This document shows, piece by piece, positions 60,439 to 64,000 of a DNA stretch of 64,000 nt. Source of the stretch: Mobula hypostoma (lineage: Eukaryota). Each line of letters starts with the position of its first letter. Position 1 is the stretch's first letter. The DNA lies in assembly GCF_963921235.1 (NCBI RefSeq), contig NC_086097.1, positions 61,878,001 through 61,942,000 of the forward strand. Direction: 5' to 3'. Position numbers and translations under genes: made by a program. The notes below the pieces were generated by a model, which worked only from the letters and a program-made list of their open reading frames with translations, was not told the origin of the DNA and searched no databases.

Positions 60439-61675
60439 TACTCCTTAGAGTTGCCGCCCAAATCTGGTTGCTCTCTTATTAGCAGAGCTATTCGTTTCCA
60501 TTACAGTGACTAACTACAAATACATTCTTCGTGGCTACATTGTATACTTCAGAGACAGTCTGGGAATCACAAAGTGTGGTTAATCCACGCTCATTCAACG
60601 AGACATTCTGTGCTGACTGCTCATTATATTGATTTCTGTATCCAGCCGGTGCCAGCACTAATCACTTCTGGAGTTGACCCAGCTTGATGAGTGACTGGGG
60701 CCATGTTTCGCCTGTATAATCGACAATCAACCTGAACCTCTTAAAAGGCAGGCACAGAGTGGCTGCAGCAGGTGGTGAAAGTTATAGTGGAGGTGAATGC
60801 AGCGCGTGACCCTCTTCAAAACACAGTGGTTTCTGCACTGGAAGTCTTGCTACAGAAGAAGATTAGTGAATGACATTATAAAATGCATTTCCTCTTCTCA
60901 GCTGCGAGGGAATGGTTACCTTCGCCGAGTAAAAGTACCATTGGTAAAGGATAAACAAGGGAACAAGCACTGAGCTAAGAAATGAGAAAATTGTAGAAGT
61001 CTAGAAAGAAACTGAAGGAAATACTTCGTTATCATCAGCATCGTGCCAAAAACTAATCCAAAATCAAAACAATTGCTGCTAGTTTGCAACCACCACAGGG
61101 TTGGTTTACTTGCATGATGCACCTTCAGCTCTAATGAAATAATTGCTTCTAAAGAGCCGAATTCCTTATTTCGGTTCTTTATTTGCAATTGGCAAACATC
61201 CAATTAAACACTGTTGAGCAATATTAAATCTCAGCGATCAGCAAAGAAATGATCTCCACTGGCTCCATGTTACAAACTGCCACAAAATGAGCAAGAATAC
61301 GTAACTTACTCCCTTCACTTCTTTTAGCACACCCCCACTCATGTGACTAGTTACCACAATAAACATAATAAATGCACAATACAGAATACATGACTCCTAC
61401 AATCAGATGCAGCTTCATATTTAATTATCACACATATTAAAACATAAAGTGAAATGCATCATTTGTGTTAATAACTAATAAAATCTAGGGATCTGCTGGG
61501 GCACACATTCCAGCGCTAACATAGCATGGCCATAATGTTCAGCAGAACACAAAACACAACAAGCACCAAAACAACAGCAGCAAAACAAACCTCTTTTCTC
61601 CCTCCCACACACCCCAATACATGGAGAGTCCTCTAACTCCAAGACAGGCCTCCAGCCTCCTGTCTTCAGTCTTCA

Positions 61676-62300
61676 TAGATTTGATTAGATTAGATTATGA
61701 GGATACGCAGTCCACTTTTATTGTCATTTAGTAATGCATGCATTAAGAAATGATACAATATTCCTCCGCTGTGGTATCACAAAAACACAGGACAGACCAA
61801 GACTGAAAAACTAACAAAAACCACATAATTAAAACAGTGCAACAATACCATAACTTGATGAAGAACAGGCCATGGCACAGTAAAAAAAGTTCAAAGTCTC
61901 TCAAAAGTCCCACATCTCACGCAGACGGGAGAAGGAGGAAAACTCTCCCTGCCATGCCCGACCACAGTCCAACTCTGAGTCGTCCGAAAACTTCAAACTC
62001 TGATCAGCCCTCCAACACCAAATGCCGAGCACCATCTCTATCCAAACGCTTCAACCTCAGCCTCAGTCTCCAGCAGCAGGCAAAGCCGGGGATTTTGGGG
62101 CGTTCCCTCCAGAGATTCTCGATCGCACAGTAGCAGCAGCAGCGAACCAGCATTTTAGAAATTTCTCCAGATGTTCCTCTGTGCTTTCACGTCTGTCTCC
62201 ATCAAATCAGAATTGTCCATGGCCTGTATTTAACAGATACGTTATCATTTCGCTGGAGAGCTGCGCGCACTGTGTCGCGCTGCCATCTTTTCCTCCCACC
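61676..62300 (-). mobile_element. ~650-bp non-autonomous retroposon, copy 3
   Basis: Same family as 30735-31410 and 41381-42058; (ATCTA)n tail at ~61676-61696. Confidence 0.85.
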
Positions 62301-62302
62301 AA

Positions 62303-64000
62303 ATAGAACATAGAACATAGAATAGTACAGCATATTACAGGTCCTTTGGCCCACAATGTTGTGCCGACCCTCAAACCCTGCCTCCCATATAACTCCCAAC
62401 CTTAAATTCCTCCATATACCTGTCTAGTAGTCTCTTAAACTTCACTAGTGCATCTGCCTCCACCACAGACTCAGGCAGTACATTCCACGCACCAACCACT
62501 CTCTGAGTAAAAAACCTTCCTCTAATATCCCCCTTGAACTTCCCACTCCTTACCTTAAAGCCATGTCCTCTTGTATTGAGCAGTGGTGCCCTGGAGAAGA
62601 GGCGCTGGCTATCCACTCTATCTATTCCTCTTAATATCTTGCACATCTCTATCATGTCTCCTCTCATCCTCCTTCTCTCCAAAGAGTAAAGCCCTAGCTC
62701 CCTTAATCTCTGATCATATTGCATACTTTCTAAACCAGGCAGCATCCTGGTAAATCTCCTCTGTACCCTTTCCAATGCTTCCACATCCTTCCTATAGTGA
62801 GGTGACCAGAACTGGACACAGTACTCCAAATGTGGCCTAACCAGAGTTTTATAGAGCTGCATCATTACATCGCGGCTCTTAAACTCTATCCCTCGACTTA
62901 TGAAAGCTAACACTCCATAAGCTTTCTTAACTACCCTATCCACCTGTGAGGCAACTTTCAGGGATCTGTGGACATGTACCCCCAGATCCCTCTGCTCCTC
63001 CACACTACCAAGTTTCCTGCCATTTACTTTGTACTCTGCCTTGGAGTTTGTCCTTCCAAAGTGTACCACCTCACACTTCTCCGGGTTGAACTCCATCTGC
63101 CACTTCTCAGCCCACTTCAGCATCCTATCATTGTCTCTCTGCAATCTTTGACAATCCTCTACACTACCTACAACACCACCAACCTTTGTGTTGTCTGCAA
63201 ACTTGCTAAATCCACCCTTCTACCCCCACATCCAGGTCGTTAATAAAAATCACAAAAAGTAGAGGTGCCAGAACAGATCCTTGTGGGACACCACTAGTCA
63301 CAACCCTGCAATCTGAATGTACGCCCTCCACCACGACCCTCTGCCTTCTGCAGGCAAGCCAATTCTGTATCCACCTGGCCAAACTTCCCTGGATCCCAAG
63401 CCTTATGACTTTCTGGATAAGCCTACCGTGCAGAACCCTGTCAAATGCCTTACTAAAATCCACTTAGATCACATCCACTGCACTACCCTCATCTATATGC
63501 CTGGTCACCTCCTCAAAGAACTCGATCAGGCTTGTTAGACACGATCTGCCCTTCACAAAGCCATGCTGCCTGTCCCTGATCAGACCATGATTCTCTAAAT
63601 GCCCAGAGATCCTATCTCTAAGAATCTTTTCCAACAGCTTTCCCACCACAGACGCAAGGCTCACTGGTCTATAATTACCCGGACTATCGCTACTACCTTT
63701 TTTGAACAAAGTGACAACATCCCTCCAATCCTCCGGTACCATTCCCGTGGACAACAAGGACATAAAGATCCTAGCCACAGGCTCAGCAATCTCTTCCCTC
63801 GCCTCGTGGAGCAGCCTGGGGAATATTCCGTCAGGCCCCGGGGACTTATCTGTCCTAATGTATTATAACAACTCCAACACCTCCTCTCCCTTAATATCAA
63901 CATGCTCCAGAACATCAACCTCGCTCATATTGTCCTCATCGTCATCAAGTTCCCTCTCATTGGTGAATACCGAAGAGAAGTATTCATTGAGGACCTCGTT
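62303..64000 (-). mobile_element. CR1-clade LINE RT and 3' end, runs off window end
   Basis: ORFs 63464-63778, 63206-63463 and 62371-63144 with CR1 motifs; (TTCTATG)n tail at 62303-62325. Confidence 0.93.

Overview
Repeat-dominated vertebrate genomic DNA with no confidently identifiable host gene. The repeat content (CR1-type LINEs with short-repeat tails, V-domain tRNA SINEs, Rex1/Babar-type LINE ends, Penelope-type 3' ends) points to a cartilaginous fish, probably a batoid; this is inference only. Nearly every listed ORF is a transposable-element remnant or a low-complexity artefact. Highlights: (1) a young 4.86-kb LTR element (54846-59702, minus; 4-bp TSD GCCT, tRNA-Pro-type PBS, PPT). It carries a 902-codon ORF with SCAN-type Gag, CCHC knuckle and protease, fused to a repeatedly deleted, catalytically dead but stop-free integrase-then-RT-then-RNaseH relic (Gmr1-like order). 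A solo LTR of the same family lies at 22232-23096. (2) A solo LTR (2626-10102) inflated to 7.5 kb by a ~6.7-kb minisatellite with higher-order repeats, inside a multi-layer nest (Gypsy relic > Tigger > Penelope-type end > LTR > array) whose two inner insertions have readable TSDs. (3) A second nest at 33.8-53.1 kb: Gypsy within Gypsy, plus CR1s, an RTE-derived bipartite element, a Penelope RT/GIY-YIG relic and a stop-free young L1 3' end. (4) A CR1 whose first two segments are separately inverted, hAT MITEs, and a three-copy non-autonomous retroposon with a YY1-like 5' motif. Family names come from recalled motifs, not database searches.
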